Virus record (IMG/VR): IMGVR_UViG_2974655483_000001
Coordinates: 1-64,000 of that record
Strand: one strand, 5' to 3'
DNA: 64,000 bases
Origin: a virus
Lineage: Duplodnaviria > Caudoviricetes
Shown here piece after piece: positions 47,223 through 56,900 of the stretch; the stretch's first letter is position 1; each line of letters starts with the position of its first letter. The translations under genes were made by a program, and so were the position numbers. A model generated the notes under the pieces. The model searched no databases. It was not told where the DNA came from and saw only the letters and a list, made by a program, of their open reading frames with translations.

Positions 47223-47426
47223 ATGCATTACCTTATCTACGACAACACAGAGACACTTAGAGCAACATTCGTAAGTGTCTATGATCTCGAGAAGTTCATC
47301 GATGGTATTAGAAACTCTCGGGGAGATAGTTACCCAAATACTCCGAGAATGTCTACCTTTGATTACATCAAGACTATCGGATGGTACTGGGAGGTTGTTG
47401 ACAAATCAGCAGAGGTTAGTGTATAA
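47223..47426 (+). CDS. hypothetical protein
   Basis: ORF after the promoter. Confidence 0.6.
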   Translation: MHYLIYDNTETLRATFVSVYDLEKFIDGIRNSRGDSYPNTPRMSTFDYIKTIGWYWEVVDKSAEVSV

Positions 47427-47427
47427 T
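47398..47427 (+). promoter_or_regulatory. consensus sigma70 promoter
   Basis: TTGACA-18-TATAAT. Confidence 0.7.
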
Positions 47428-47612
47428 AGCAGAGGTAATCGGAGGTCCTTTGAGTAACACTTAGCGGCAGTACTAAATGTTACTTTGGCAGTTTATTGGG
47501 CCCCCTTAAATATAAAATAAGCCACTACCCTAACCTACAAAGGTTCCCAGACGCCTTAGATATTATTCAATAATACTTTAGTGTCAATCTAAAAAAATTT
47601 CTGAGGTAAAAA

Positions 47613-47831
47613 ATGGATGCTAAGACCCGCGTAGAGAGACAAGACACTCGTGTATGGGCACTAGAGCAACTAATAAGGTTAGAGGCATTCCTAGACCCTC
47701 GTATGTACGAGTGTGCAGACTATTACACATCATCTTATGCCTCTCAGGTTGTAGAAGATCTATATACACTATGGGTTGAGTGGAAAGAAGATAATCCCAC
47801 AGATAATCCCCAAGTAATAAATCGTATGTAA
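47613..47831 (+). CDS. hypothetical protein
   Basis: GAGG RBS; LDPRMYECAD motif. Confidence 0.65.
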   Translation: MDAKTRVERQDTRVWALEQLIRLEAFLDPRMYECADYYTSSYASQVVEDLYTLWVEWKEDNPTDNPQVINRM

Positions 47832-47838
47832 TAGAGTT

Positions 47839-48009
47839 ATGTCCCAGAGATTCACAACAATTTTAGAAGAGGATGATTTAGGAGATTTAATATTAGTAAT
47901 ACCTTATGAGGTATGTGAGGAGATGGGGTGGGATGTTGGTACAGAATTAGAGTATGAATTAGAAGACCAATCATTTATTTTAAAAAAGCATGACGAATCC
48001 GAAAATTGA
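47839..48009 (+). CDS. AbrB/MazE-like swapped-hairpin DNA-binding protein
   Basis: Below track cutoff: MSQRFTTILEEDDLGDLILVIPYEVCEEMGWDVGTELEYELEDQSFILKK... Confidence 0.6.
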   Translation: MSQRFTTILEEDDLGDLILVIPYEVCEEMGWDVGTELEYELEDQSFILKKHDESEN

Positions 48010-48229
48010 TCGCTGGGCAGATAATGCCGAAGCACACGAGATTATTAATGAATGTTTAATATCATTAGCAGAGCGATTAAAGAAACTAGAAGAGTATGTG
48101 GTACAGATTCCAACACCCGAAAAGATTTTGTATAAACCGAAGGGTGAGGAAGAGTATCTAAATTTAAAAGAAAATTATGATTTAATCTATAAAAGTATAG
48201 AGGAATTAAGGAATGGGATGCAAGACTAA
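47990..48229 (+). CDS. hypothetical coiled-coil protein
   Basis: ORF overlapping both neighbours. Confidence 0.6.
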   Translation: MTNPKIDRWADNAEAHEIINECLISLAERLKKLEEYVVQIPTPEKILYKPKGEEEYLNLKENYDLIYKSIEELRNGMQD

Positions 48230-50771
48230 TTATTCTTCAGGGGAAAGCAGTCCATGTTTTAGAACAAATCATTGTTCGGTGAATGTACCATTACCTGTAG
48301 ATCAAGCAACCACTGTAGAGTTTCGTGAGTATCCACTTTCAGAGATTCGTAATAGTAGTATCAACTATCAGATTGATAAGAGAGATAGTGTTGCGATTAT
48401 GCACCCAAGTATTGCATTACCAGCAGTATCTGGTGGCGGTTTACCTCCTGCTAGTGGTGCAACCTGTGGAAAAGTGTTTAGAGCAGCAACTTGTCTTGAT
48501 GTAAGTCAATGGGTCTATGATTATGTACCTAATGAGTTATCGTTTGACTTAGGATTTAGTGATCGATATTTTTCGTATCTATATGACACATCAGATAATG
48601 CTGGTCATGTTGGTATTGCTTGTTATTACTTAGAGACTAGAAATAGTACAAATACCACTGCTAGTACTCCTGCAAGTGGTACAGAGGGGCAACCTGATTA
48701 TGTTGCTGGCACTCCTGGTGTATCAACTACAACTTCATCGACTGTTTGTAAACCTTGTACAGCATTTACATGTGCTACAAGTAAGACTACTATATCCTAT
48801 TCTGGTACAGAAAATGTAACGGGCGACCCCGACGCGCCGCATCCCACATTATTTGCAATTGGTACAGATTCAGATAAAGTTGTAGTATCATATGATTCGT
48901 TAAGTACCACAATACCAAATGGTGTTACTGATATGGAGTTTTCATATGATGGTGTAACTTATACTGATGTATGGGATCAGACAACACAAGCAGGTCTTGT
49001 ATACGATTCACCTCAAAATCCATTTGTAACTGGTCAAAATCAATTAACTGACTTTGAAATTTATGACTTAGATGTTGGTCTTGCGACAGGATTCCGAATT
49101 AAAGTTGCTATTACATCAATTGCAGATGACACTGCAGAACCTGGACCCACCTTTTCTGGTGTTAGATGGCAGATTACAGAACTCATGGACCCTGGAGCAG
49201 ATTATGCAGTAGGTACAGTAATTCCTTTGACGTATGCATATACCAAACCAGACAATACAGTTGTTAATTTAACAATGAATTTAAAGATTACTGGAGTTGG
49301 TCCTACTACATCAGTATTATCTCAGGCAGGATTTAATATTCTAAGAGTAGGTGATACTCTTAATGGACATACAGTAACTCGTGCTTTTCATACTGATATT
49401 GATAATTTTCCATATCATGTCATTTATTTGAATGGTAGTGGTAGTAATTTTGTTAAAGATACGCAATATACATCTGATAGGAATCATGTAGTTACTGCAC
49501 ACGCAGGATTTGGCATTATAGACAGAGGAATACTAGTTGGAAAGTATGAATTTTCTGATAAATCTATACAATATAGCACTGTAGATGTTGATAAAAATGC
49601 ACCAGATGTGTTTAATACTCTTAAACAACCAGATGTTACTCTATCAGTATCAAATGGACGAGTAACAGGTGCCACAATCGTCTCTGGAGGTGCTGGATGG
49701 AAAGATGGTGCTACTCTTTCGGTAAGTTCTCCGCAAGATGCTTTTAAATTTGAGCTAGATGATGACGGTCGTGTGGAATCCGTAGTAACAAACCCCAAAA
49801 ACGAGTCTAATATTGCTAAATTAGAAGGAACTTTTACTAATGGAGTGCTAACTGCGGTAACTGTAGTCGATGGCGGTAAAGGATATAACACAGTATTGAC
49901 AAATGTGGACGAAGATGGTAATGAATATACCGAAGAAAATCTACCTACCGTGTTTGTGAGTGATATTGTAAATTATAAGACAAGTACTGCTCCAAATGCA
50001 GCATATGAACCCGAAAAAGCGGACGATTATATGGATACATTGGGTAAATTTCCTCAAGATATCTCTCCAGAACTAGAAAATCAAATTTTTAGCGGATTTG
50101 ACCAGGATCCTAAGTATATTGATAATATTCCTGCATCAAATATCAATCAAAAACGCGATCCTGAGCGATTAAAAATCGATAAACAACCGCAGAGACTATA
50201 TTCTGCGGCATCTGTCGATGAATATAGGGAAACTTATGAGTTAAAAGGTGATTTAACAGAGGATATTCTCGCTCCTGACTTTGATAGTAGTATTAAAGAT
50301 GCTGTCTTAAAGGGTTATAATGATGAAGTTAATGCAAGAAAGGAACATTCTGATGCATTGGTGCAAGAAGTAATCCCTGAGTCTACAATTGGTAATGAAG
50401 CATTGATTGAAACAGTTCAAGGTACATTTAACGATATTCCAGTTGCATCAACGTATACTAAATATTTTATGAAACAATATCGTCCAGATCCAACTTCGGA
50501 GGTTACACTGAAAGTTACTCTTGGTTGTGAAGTTGCTCAAGCAGGATGTGGACATGTTCCATGCTCTCCTGTACCATCTGTAGGGAGCACTACAAATAAT
50601 CCTGATGGTTCTACGGATGTGGTCACATTTACTCCACAAGTAGGACCTTTGGGGGGTGGTTGTAGAAACTGGAGTGCAACTGGAAACTTACCTATTTTGC
50701 ATGATATGACTTCATCTGGCAATACTTTTCGTGAAGCATGTGATGCTTTTGGAAATCCTTACGCTACTTAA
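48213..50771 (+). CDS. virion structural protein (baseplate/fibre-associated)
   Basis: 852 aa; V..G.V....I..GG.GY repeats shared with the gp7-like protein; precedes PAAR and gp25. Confidence 0.7.
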   Translation: MGCKTNYSSGESSPCFRTNHCSVNVPLPVDQATTVEFREYPLSEIRNSSINYQIDKRDSVAIMHPSIALPAVSGGGLPPASGATCGKVFRAATCLDVSQWVYDYVPNELSFDLGFSDRYFSYLYDTSDNAGHVGIACYYLETRNSTNTTASTPASGTEGQPDYVAGTPGVSTTTSSTVCKPCTAFTCATSKTTISYSGTENVTGDPDAPHPTLFAIGTDSDKVVVSYDSLSTTIPNGVTDMEFSYDGVTYTDVWDQTTQAGLVYDSPQNPFVTGQNQLTDFEIYDLDVGLATGFRIKVAITSIADDTAEPGPTFSGVRWQITELMDPGADYAVGTVIPLTYAYTKPDNTVVNLTMNLKITGVGPTTSVLSQAGFNILRVGDTLNGHTVTRAFHTDIDNFPYHVIYLNGSGSNFVKDTQYTSDRNHVVTAHAGFGIIDRGILVGKYEFSDKSIQYSTVDVDKNAPDVFNTLKQPDVTLSVSNGRVTGATIVSGGAGWKDGATLSVSSPQDAFKFELDDDGRVESVVTNPKNESNIAKLEGTFTNGVLTAVTVVDGGKGYNTVLTNVDEDGNEYTEENLPTVFVSDIVNYKTSTAPNAAYEPEKADDYMDTLGKFPQDISPELENQIFSGFDQDPKYIDNIPASNINQKRDPERLKIDKQPQRLYSAASVDEYRETYELKGDLTEDILAPDFDSSIKDAVLKGYNDEVNARKEHSDALVQEVIPESTIGNEALIETVQGTFNDIPVASTYTKYFMKQYRPDPTSEVTLKVTLGCEVAQAGCGHVPCSPVPSVGSTTNNPDGSTDVVTFTPQVGPLGGGCRNWSATGNLPILHDMTSSGNTFREACDAFGNPYAT

Positions 50772-50776
50772 CTACT

Positions 50777-51328
50777 ATGGCATTTGCAGCATTGTATATG
50801 GGGTCATGTTCTGGACATGGAGCAGGTGCGGGAGGATCTTGGATGCCTGGACCTGGAGGAGGAGCTACTACACCCTGTTCTCCTGGAAATCTACCTAGTA
50901 TTACACATTTGCCAGGTCCAGTTCATGATGCTATGGCTACTTGGTTACCAACACCTTTACTTCCATTAACCCCATTGGGAGCAGCCCGAAATGTCTTTAT
51001 TAATGGTATAATACCTATTGTAGACCAAGATCTACTGACACCCCACCCAACACTATCAGTTTATGCTGTAACTAGAACAGTTGGTAAATGCACCATTGTG
51101 GCACCTGCAAATGCCTGGTGGTGTCATACCTATACTGGAGTAGGAACAGTAGCTGGTAGAGAGCCACCTATTGGTCATGCACGCAAAGCAATTGCAACTA
51201 CCCTATCCGTTTGGATTAATGGTAGGCGTGCATGTAGAGTAGGAGATCCTTTAGGGGATTTCACAACTGCATTCCCATGTAGGTCTCTTATTTCAGCGGG
51301 GTCACCAAACGTTATTATTGGAGTTTAA
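50777..51328 (+). CDS. PAAR-domain spike tip protein (gp5.4-like)
   Basis: CSGHG, NVFING, V.INGRRACRVGD, C.S.I..GSPNV.IG. Confidence 0.8.
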   Translation: MAFAALYMGSCSGHGAGAGGSWMPGPGGGATTPCSPGNLPSITHLPGPVHDAMATWLPTPLLPLTPLGAARNVFINGIIPIVDQDLLTPHPTLSVYAVTRTVGKCTIVAPANAWWCHTYTGVGTVAGREPPIGHARKAIATTLSVWINGRRACRVGDPLGDFTTAFPCRSLISAGSPNVIIGV

Positions 51329-51329
51329 A

Positions 51330-51476
51330 ATGGCAGCACGAAGAAAGTCCCTTTCTGGGGCAAACATGATTGAGGCATCGCCTAAAAAAAGTAGGCAAGG
51401 AAGAGGAAAGCATACGAAATATGCTTCAACTTCAAGGAATAACGCCAAGAAGCGTTATCGTGGTCAGGGTAATTGA
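51330..51476 (+). CDS. small very basic protein
   Basis: Translated by hand: MAARRKSLSG...PKKSRQGRGKHTKY...KKRYRGQGN* (48 aa). Confidence 0.7.
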   Translation: MAARRKSLSGANMIEASPKKSRQGRGKHTKYASTSRNNAKKRYRGQGN

Positions 51477-51507
51477 ATAAATAGATAGGATATATCTCAT
51501 CGTGTAG

Positions 51508-51927
51508 ATGGCATTAAAGGAACTAGGGGGAAAGGACTTTAAAAAGTCGCGATCTTTCTCCGACATTTTGATTTCTATGCAGAGGAATCCTTTTACGGAT
51601 GATACCTCTGTTGTTAAAAATGATAATGCCATCAAACAAGCAGTTAAGAATTTAGTCCTTACGCAACCAGGTGAGAAACCTTTTCAACCGTTAGTCGGAT
51701 CTAAAGTTTATAATCTCCTCTTTGAACCTCTAGATGCTTTCACAGCAGATAGTATCAAGGATGAGATCATAAATACCATTAATCAGTATGAACCTAGGGT
51801 AGAACTTACAACTGTAGATGTTACTGCTATTACTGAAGGTAACAAACTAAATGTTACTATTGAGTATAGGATTGTAGGGTTACCGATTGTTGAAACAATT
51901 TCATTTGTTTTACAGAGACCTGAATAA
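51508..51927 (+). CDS. gp25: baseplate wedge subunit
   Basis: F.D......NP.T.D......AIKQAVKNLVLT..GEKPF.P..GS....LLFE...YEPRV. Confidence 0.93.
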   Translation: MALKELGGKDFKKSRSFSDILISMQRNPFTDDTSVVKNDNAIKQAVKNLVLTQPGEKPFQPLVGSKVYNLLFEPLDAFTADSIKDEIINTINQYEPRVELTTVDVTAITEGNKLNVTIEYRIVGLPIVETISFVLQRPE

Positions 51928-53957
51928 TGCAACCAAATAATTTAACAGCTTTAGATTTTGAGGATATAAAATCTTCTATTAAATCGTATCTAAGAACAAG
52001 AACAGAGTTTTCGGATTACGACTTTGATGGTTCTGCCTTGTCATATCTTATTGATATGTTGGCATACAATACTTACTATACTTCATTTAATGCAAATATG
52101 GCATTGAATGAAGTATTTTTGCAATCTTCTACAGTTAGAGATAATGTTGTTAATATATCAAAACTTTTAAATTATACCCCAAGGTCAATTTCAGCATCTA
52201 AGGCATGTTTGAAACTAAATTTAGCAACTTTACCTGTTAATGGAGTTTACCCTAGTTCTATCACATTAAAATCTGGGGCAGTTTGTACAGGGGGTAATTT
52301 TATTTGGAATATTCTTAATGATATTACTGTTGCAGTTAATACAACTACTGGTGCGGCAGAATTTGATAATGTCACAGTTTATGAGGGAAGTGTCCTTAAT
52401 TTCACTTACGTTGTAAATACATTTGCCAGACAAGTATATACAATTCCTTCTCAGAATGTAGATATTGATACGCTTACTGTTAAAATTAAATCTAACGAAT
52501 CTTCTACATCCTCAGATATTTACAGTAAAGTTGATATTGTTACTAACTTAACTGCGACTAGTAAATCATATTTTGTCTCCGAAGGCGAAGATATGAGATA
52601 TGAAGTTAAATTCGGAGATGATAGTGTTGGTAGAGCAGTAAAAGATGGCGAAGTCATTGATCTTCAATATTTGACTACTTCGGGTGCAGAAGCAAATGAA
52701 GTTAGTAGGTTCTCATTTATCGGTAGATTTGTAGATTCCTTTGATGTTGCCTATGGTGGATCTGTTGCATCAGTAACAGTCAAGGAGAGATCGCAGCAAG
52801 GGTCTGCAGCAGAGACTATTGAGTCTATTAAGTATAATGCTCCTAGATTCTATGCATCGCAGTACAGGGCGGTTACAGCGCAAGATTATGCATTGATTAC
52901 AAAAAATATATATTCTAATGCCGAAACTGTTGTTGCCTATGGTGGAGATTCTTTAAATCCTCCTATCTATGGAAAAGTATTCATTACAGTAAGAACAAAA
53001 ACAGGTTCTACACTTAATGATATTACAAAAAAACAACTTTCTTCGGATTTGAGGAAGTATGCAATGGCTGCTATTGATCCAGTTATTGTTGACCCTGATA
53101 ATATTTACATTTATACTAAAGTTTTTGCATTATATGATACTGGAAGTGGTTCAAATTCCTCTTCGATTAAAACAAATATCCAGAATGCTATAACTCAGTG
53201 GGCTAATCAGGTTAATATCAATAACTTTAACTCCACATTTAAAAGTCAGGATTATCAAAGAGCAATCGGTCTTTCAGATTCTGCAATTAGTGACGTTTCT
53301 GTTCAAACGACTCTTCTGAAGTATATTGAACCAACAACAAATCAAACAAACACATATTGCATTTCTACTGGAAGTGCTCTTTATAATAGTGCTCCTAGTC
53401 AAGATGCTGGTGATGGAACATGTAAGAAAGAACCTATTCTAATTTCAGGAACTTTCAGGACTTTTGATAGACCTGGTGTTGACCAACAGTTTGAGGATGA
53501 TGGATTTGGAAATCTTAGAACATATTACAATAGTGGTACTAAGAAAGTTTATACGAATGATAATGCAGGAACTGTAAATTATGATACTGGTAAGGTTTGT
53601 TTTGGTCCTATCAATATTATCGGGGCAGGGGTAAATATTACTGCTACAAGCAATCTTAATATTACAGATTCTGTTACTGGAGCAGGATTGGTTATCGATC
53701 TAGACCAACTTCCAAATAATCTCCAAATACCAGTACTACTCATTCCAGCAAACAGTACAACCATCCCTGCTTCCACTCCTGGAACAATTATTAACATTAT
53801 CAATCCCGAAGTTACTGTAGCACCAATTGGCACTACTCCTCCTACAACTATACCTCTAAATAGTTTGACGCCAAGTGTCTTCAATTCTACGCCAACTACG
53901 ATTGAACTTACACCATTAGACAATAGCGGCTCCGTAAACACTTCTAGTTGTTTTTAA
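51927..53957 (+). CDS. gp6: baseplate wedge subunit
   Basis: LDFEDIK..IK.YL....FSDYDFDGS.LS.LID.LAYNTYY, FGD...G, E.IESIKYNAP..YASQ.RAVT.QDY, YGKVFI. Confidence 0.95.
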   Translation: MQPNNLTALDFEDIKSSIKSYLRTRTEFSDYDFDGSALSYLIDMLAYNTYYTSFNANMALNEVFLQSSTVRDNVVNISKLLNYTPRSISASKACLKLNLATLPVNGVYPSSITLKSGAVCTGGNFIWNILNDITVAVNTTTGAAEFDNVTVYEGSVLNFTYVVNTFARQVYTIPSQNVDIDTLTVKIKSNESSTSSDIYSKVDIVTNLTATSKSYFVSEGEDMRYEVKFGDDSVGRAVKDGEVIDLQYLTTSGAEANEVSRFSFIGRFVDSFDVAYGGSVASVTVKERSQQGSAAETIESIKYNAPRFYASQYRAVTAQDYALITKNIYSNAETVVAYGGDSLNPPIYGKVFITVRTKTGSTLNDITKKQLSSDLRKYAMAAIDPVIVDPDNIYIYTKVFALYDTGSGSNSSSIKTNIQNAITQWANQVNINNFNSTFKSQDYQRAIGLSDSAISDVSVQTTLLKYIEPTTNQTNTYCISTGSALYNSAPSQDAGDGTCKKEPILISGTFRTFDRPGVDQQFEDDGFGNLRTYYNSGTKKVYTNDNAGTVNYDTGKVCFGPINIIGAGVNITATSNLNITDSVTGAGLVIDLDQLPNNLQIPVLLIPANSTTIPASTPGTIINIINPEVTVAPIGTTPPTTIPLNSLTPSVFNSTPTTIELTPLDNSGSVNTSSCF

Positions 53958-53964
53958 AAAATAG

Positions 53965-56900
53965 ATGGATATCAATAAGGTTTCACACGTCTCCTCTTAT
54001 CAAACTCCTCAGTTTATAGAGAGTGAGTATCCCCTATTCAATAAATTTATTGAATACTATTATCAGTCCCAAGAAAAGACTGGATTGGGTCAAAATATCA
54101 TTAATAATTTTCTTCAATATCTTGATATTGATAAATTGGATATTGGTATTCTTGACGGTGTTACTAAAGTTGTTGATCCTGTTAATGTAACTGATACCAC
54201 AATCACTGTTGAGACTGTAGACCCCTTTCTTGAGAAAAATGGTTCTATTCTAATTGGTGATGAAGTAATTTATTATGAAGAGACTGTATCTTCTCCAAAT
54301 ATTGCATTAACTCCTGGTATTTCTTATACTCAGGTTCAACTTAAGTGGGTTCTGCTTGCCAACAATATTAGTCTCTTTGACGGTGTACGAAGAGTCTTTC
54401 CCTTAGTTTCTCAAGATAATCCTATCGGACCTTCTTCACCACAACACATTATTGTTAAAGTTTATGGAAAAACTTTAACTCCAGTAGTAGATTACACTGT
54501 TAGTGGAACTAACATTGTTTATACAATTGCTCCTAGAACGGCGACAGCGGCTGATGATACTAGTACTACTAGTGTTACATACTTAAATGGTTTTAGTGAG
54601 AATACCATTGTACAAATTGATGATATTTCTAGTGCTTTTGGTGATAATAAAACTACTTTTGAACTGACTGTTAATAGTGAGAAGTATGAACCTATTGCAG
54701 ATGAGTTTTTACTTGCTGTTTATGATGATAGACTACTTGTTCCTAAGGTAGATTATTTTATTGACGGATCTATCTTTATATTCAATGTAGCACCATTGAA
54801 TGGTAGATCTCTGTCCTTATATTCCATTGAAGCACCTATTCCATCTTTTGGTTCTGGTGCCGTTGGATATTCCAGAGTAAATGATCTTGGAAATATTAGT
54901 TCTGTAATTCCAAGTACAAACGGTTTTGGGTATAGATTTGATTATCCTCCCAAGGTTAGTGTAAATTCTAGTGTAGGTTCTGGTGCTTCTGTAAAGACCC
55001 TAGTAGATGGAATCAAGTCAGTTTCATTACTTAGTGGTGGTGCTGGATATAGCGAAAGTAATCCCCCTACTGTAAAAGTACAATTTCCTACAAAAGAAGG
55101 ATATGTAGAACCTACTTTAAAGGCAACAGTAACTAATGGTGCAGTTAGTGCTATTGACATCATTAGTTCGGGTAGTGGATATACATTTACTCCTAGAATC
55201 ACTTTTGAACAACCTGGAGGCGCTGTGCTTGCTCCCCCAACCATTGTTGGAGGATCGGTTAGTGGTGCTATTACTATTACTAATGGTGGTCAAGGATATA
55301 CTACTCCTCCTTTGGTATACATTGATGAACCCACTGGACTTGATGGTATTAAAGCATCATTTACAACTACCTTGACAGATGGTGAAATTACTGCTGTTAA
55401 TATTTTAAATGCTGGTCAGGGTTATGAAACAGTCCCTAGAATTTCTGTTATTGATCCTGTTGGAGCACAAGTTCTTGAAACTGTAGTTGATGGAGATGGT
55501 AGAGTTATTTCTGTCGAACTTCTGTTTGGTGGCAGCGGTTACACAGACGTTCCATCTGTTTATATTGTAGATAATCGTCAGAATGATGTTGGTACTTATA
55601 TTGGAGGAACGGGTGCTACTGCAGTAGCAGCAATCTTTAATGGACAAATCACTGATATTAACATTACTAACTTTGGTACTGGTTATAGTGCAGATAATCC
55701 TCCTCAAATTGTAATCCAAAAACCTGTTGATGCTAAAGCATCTGCAACAGTTGGTTTGCAGGAAATTACAGGTTTTTCTGTTCTTAAAGCAGGAAAGGAA
55801 TATACTAAAGCACAATTCCTTGGTTGTGCCAGAGCTGCTTCGGGTATTACTGATTATACGCAAGATGGTAATGCAGTATTCTCTAACAGCACTACAGCAG
55901 CAGAGGCATCAACAGATACCTCTGTAAAGTGTCTGGATGCATTGTTTATTAAAAGACTACTCGATAAGTATACTGAGCAGTTCTTACCTGATGTTCCTAC
56001 ACTTGATTATAGTAAGATTGATGTTCGTACATCTATTAAGACTATTAAAGACTTCTATTCTGCAAAGGGTACATCTTTCAGTATTGCATATTTGTTTAAA
56101 CTTCTTTATGGAGAAACTGTTACAGTTTCATATCCTAAAGATCAAATTATCAAACCATCTGCAGCAACCTGGTCTGTTGATACGGTTTTACGTGCAACAT
56201 TAGTTAGTGGTCTTCCAGAAAATATTCAAGATGGTCTTCTTGAGCAAGTTGCTGATATTTCAGATCCAAATATTTTAGCAGCAACAGCATTGATTGAAAA
56301 CTTTATTTCAATTCAAACTGCCCAAGATACAATATATGAACTAGCACTTTCAGAAGAAACAATTGAAGGTACATTTGTAGTTCCATACAAAACAAAACTT
56401 GCTGAACCTCTTAATACTACAGAAGGTATCATCACTGTTGACTCTACTATTGGATGGCCAGAAAGAAATGGTGAATTTGTAATTTCGTCAGGTGTTGGTT
56501 CTGAAGTTGTTCAGTACAAAGAAAAATCACTAAACCAGTTTATTGAGTGTACTCGTTCTGTTAATGGTGTTGTAGAAGATTGGGATTCTGCCACTCAGGT
56601 ATCGTCTAATTTTAATGTATTCATTAATAGAGGAACTGCTCAAGAAGTAGTATTGAATATTGTTGGTATTGTTGATGCTCAACAAACAACACTCACCGAT
56701 ACAGGTTCTTATTACTTACCAGGAGATAAACTGTTAATCTCTAAACTGGGTGGTACTGGAACAGGTCCAGAACTCACAACTTGGTTGTATAATGTTAAAA
56801 AGTTGATTGAAGTTGAATCAATCGCTTTTGGTGGAATTAATAATCAATCTGCTACTGTAACTTGCAGCAATCCTCATGGTCTATTGGTCGGAGATCAAGT

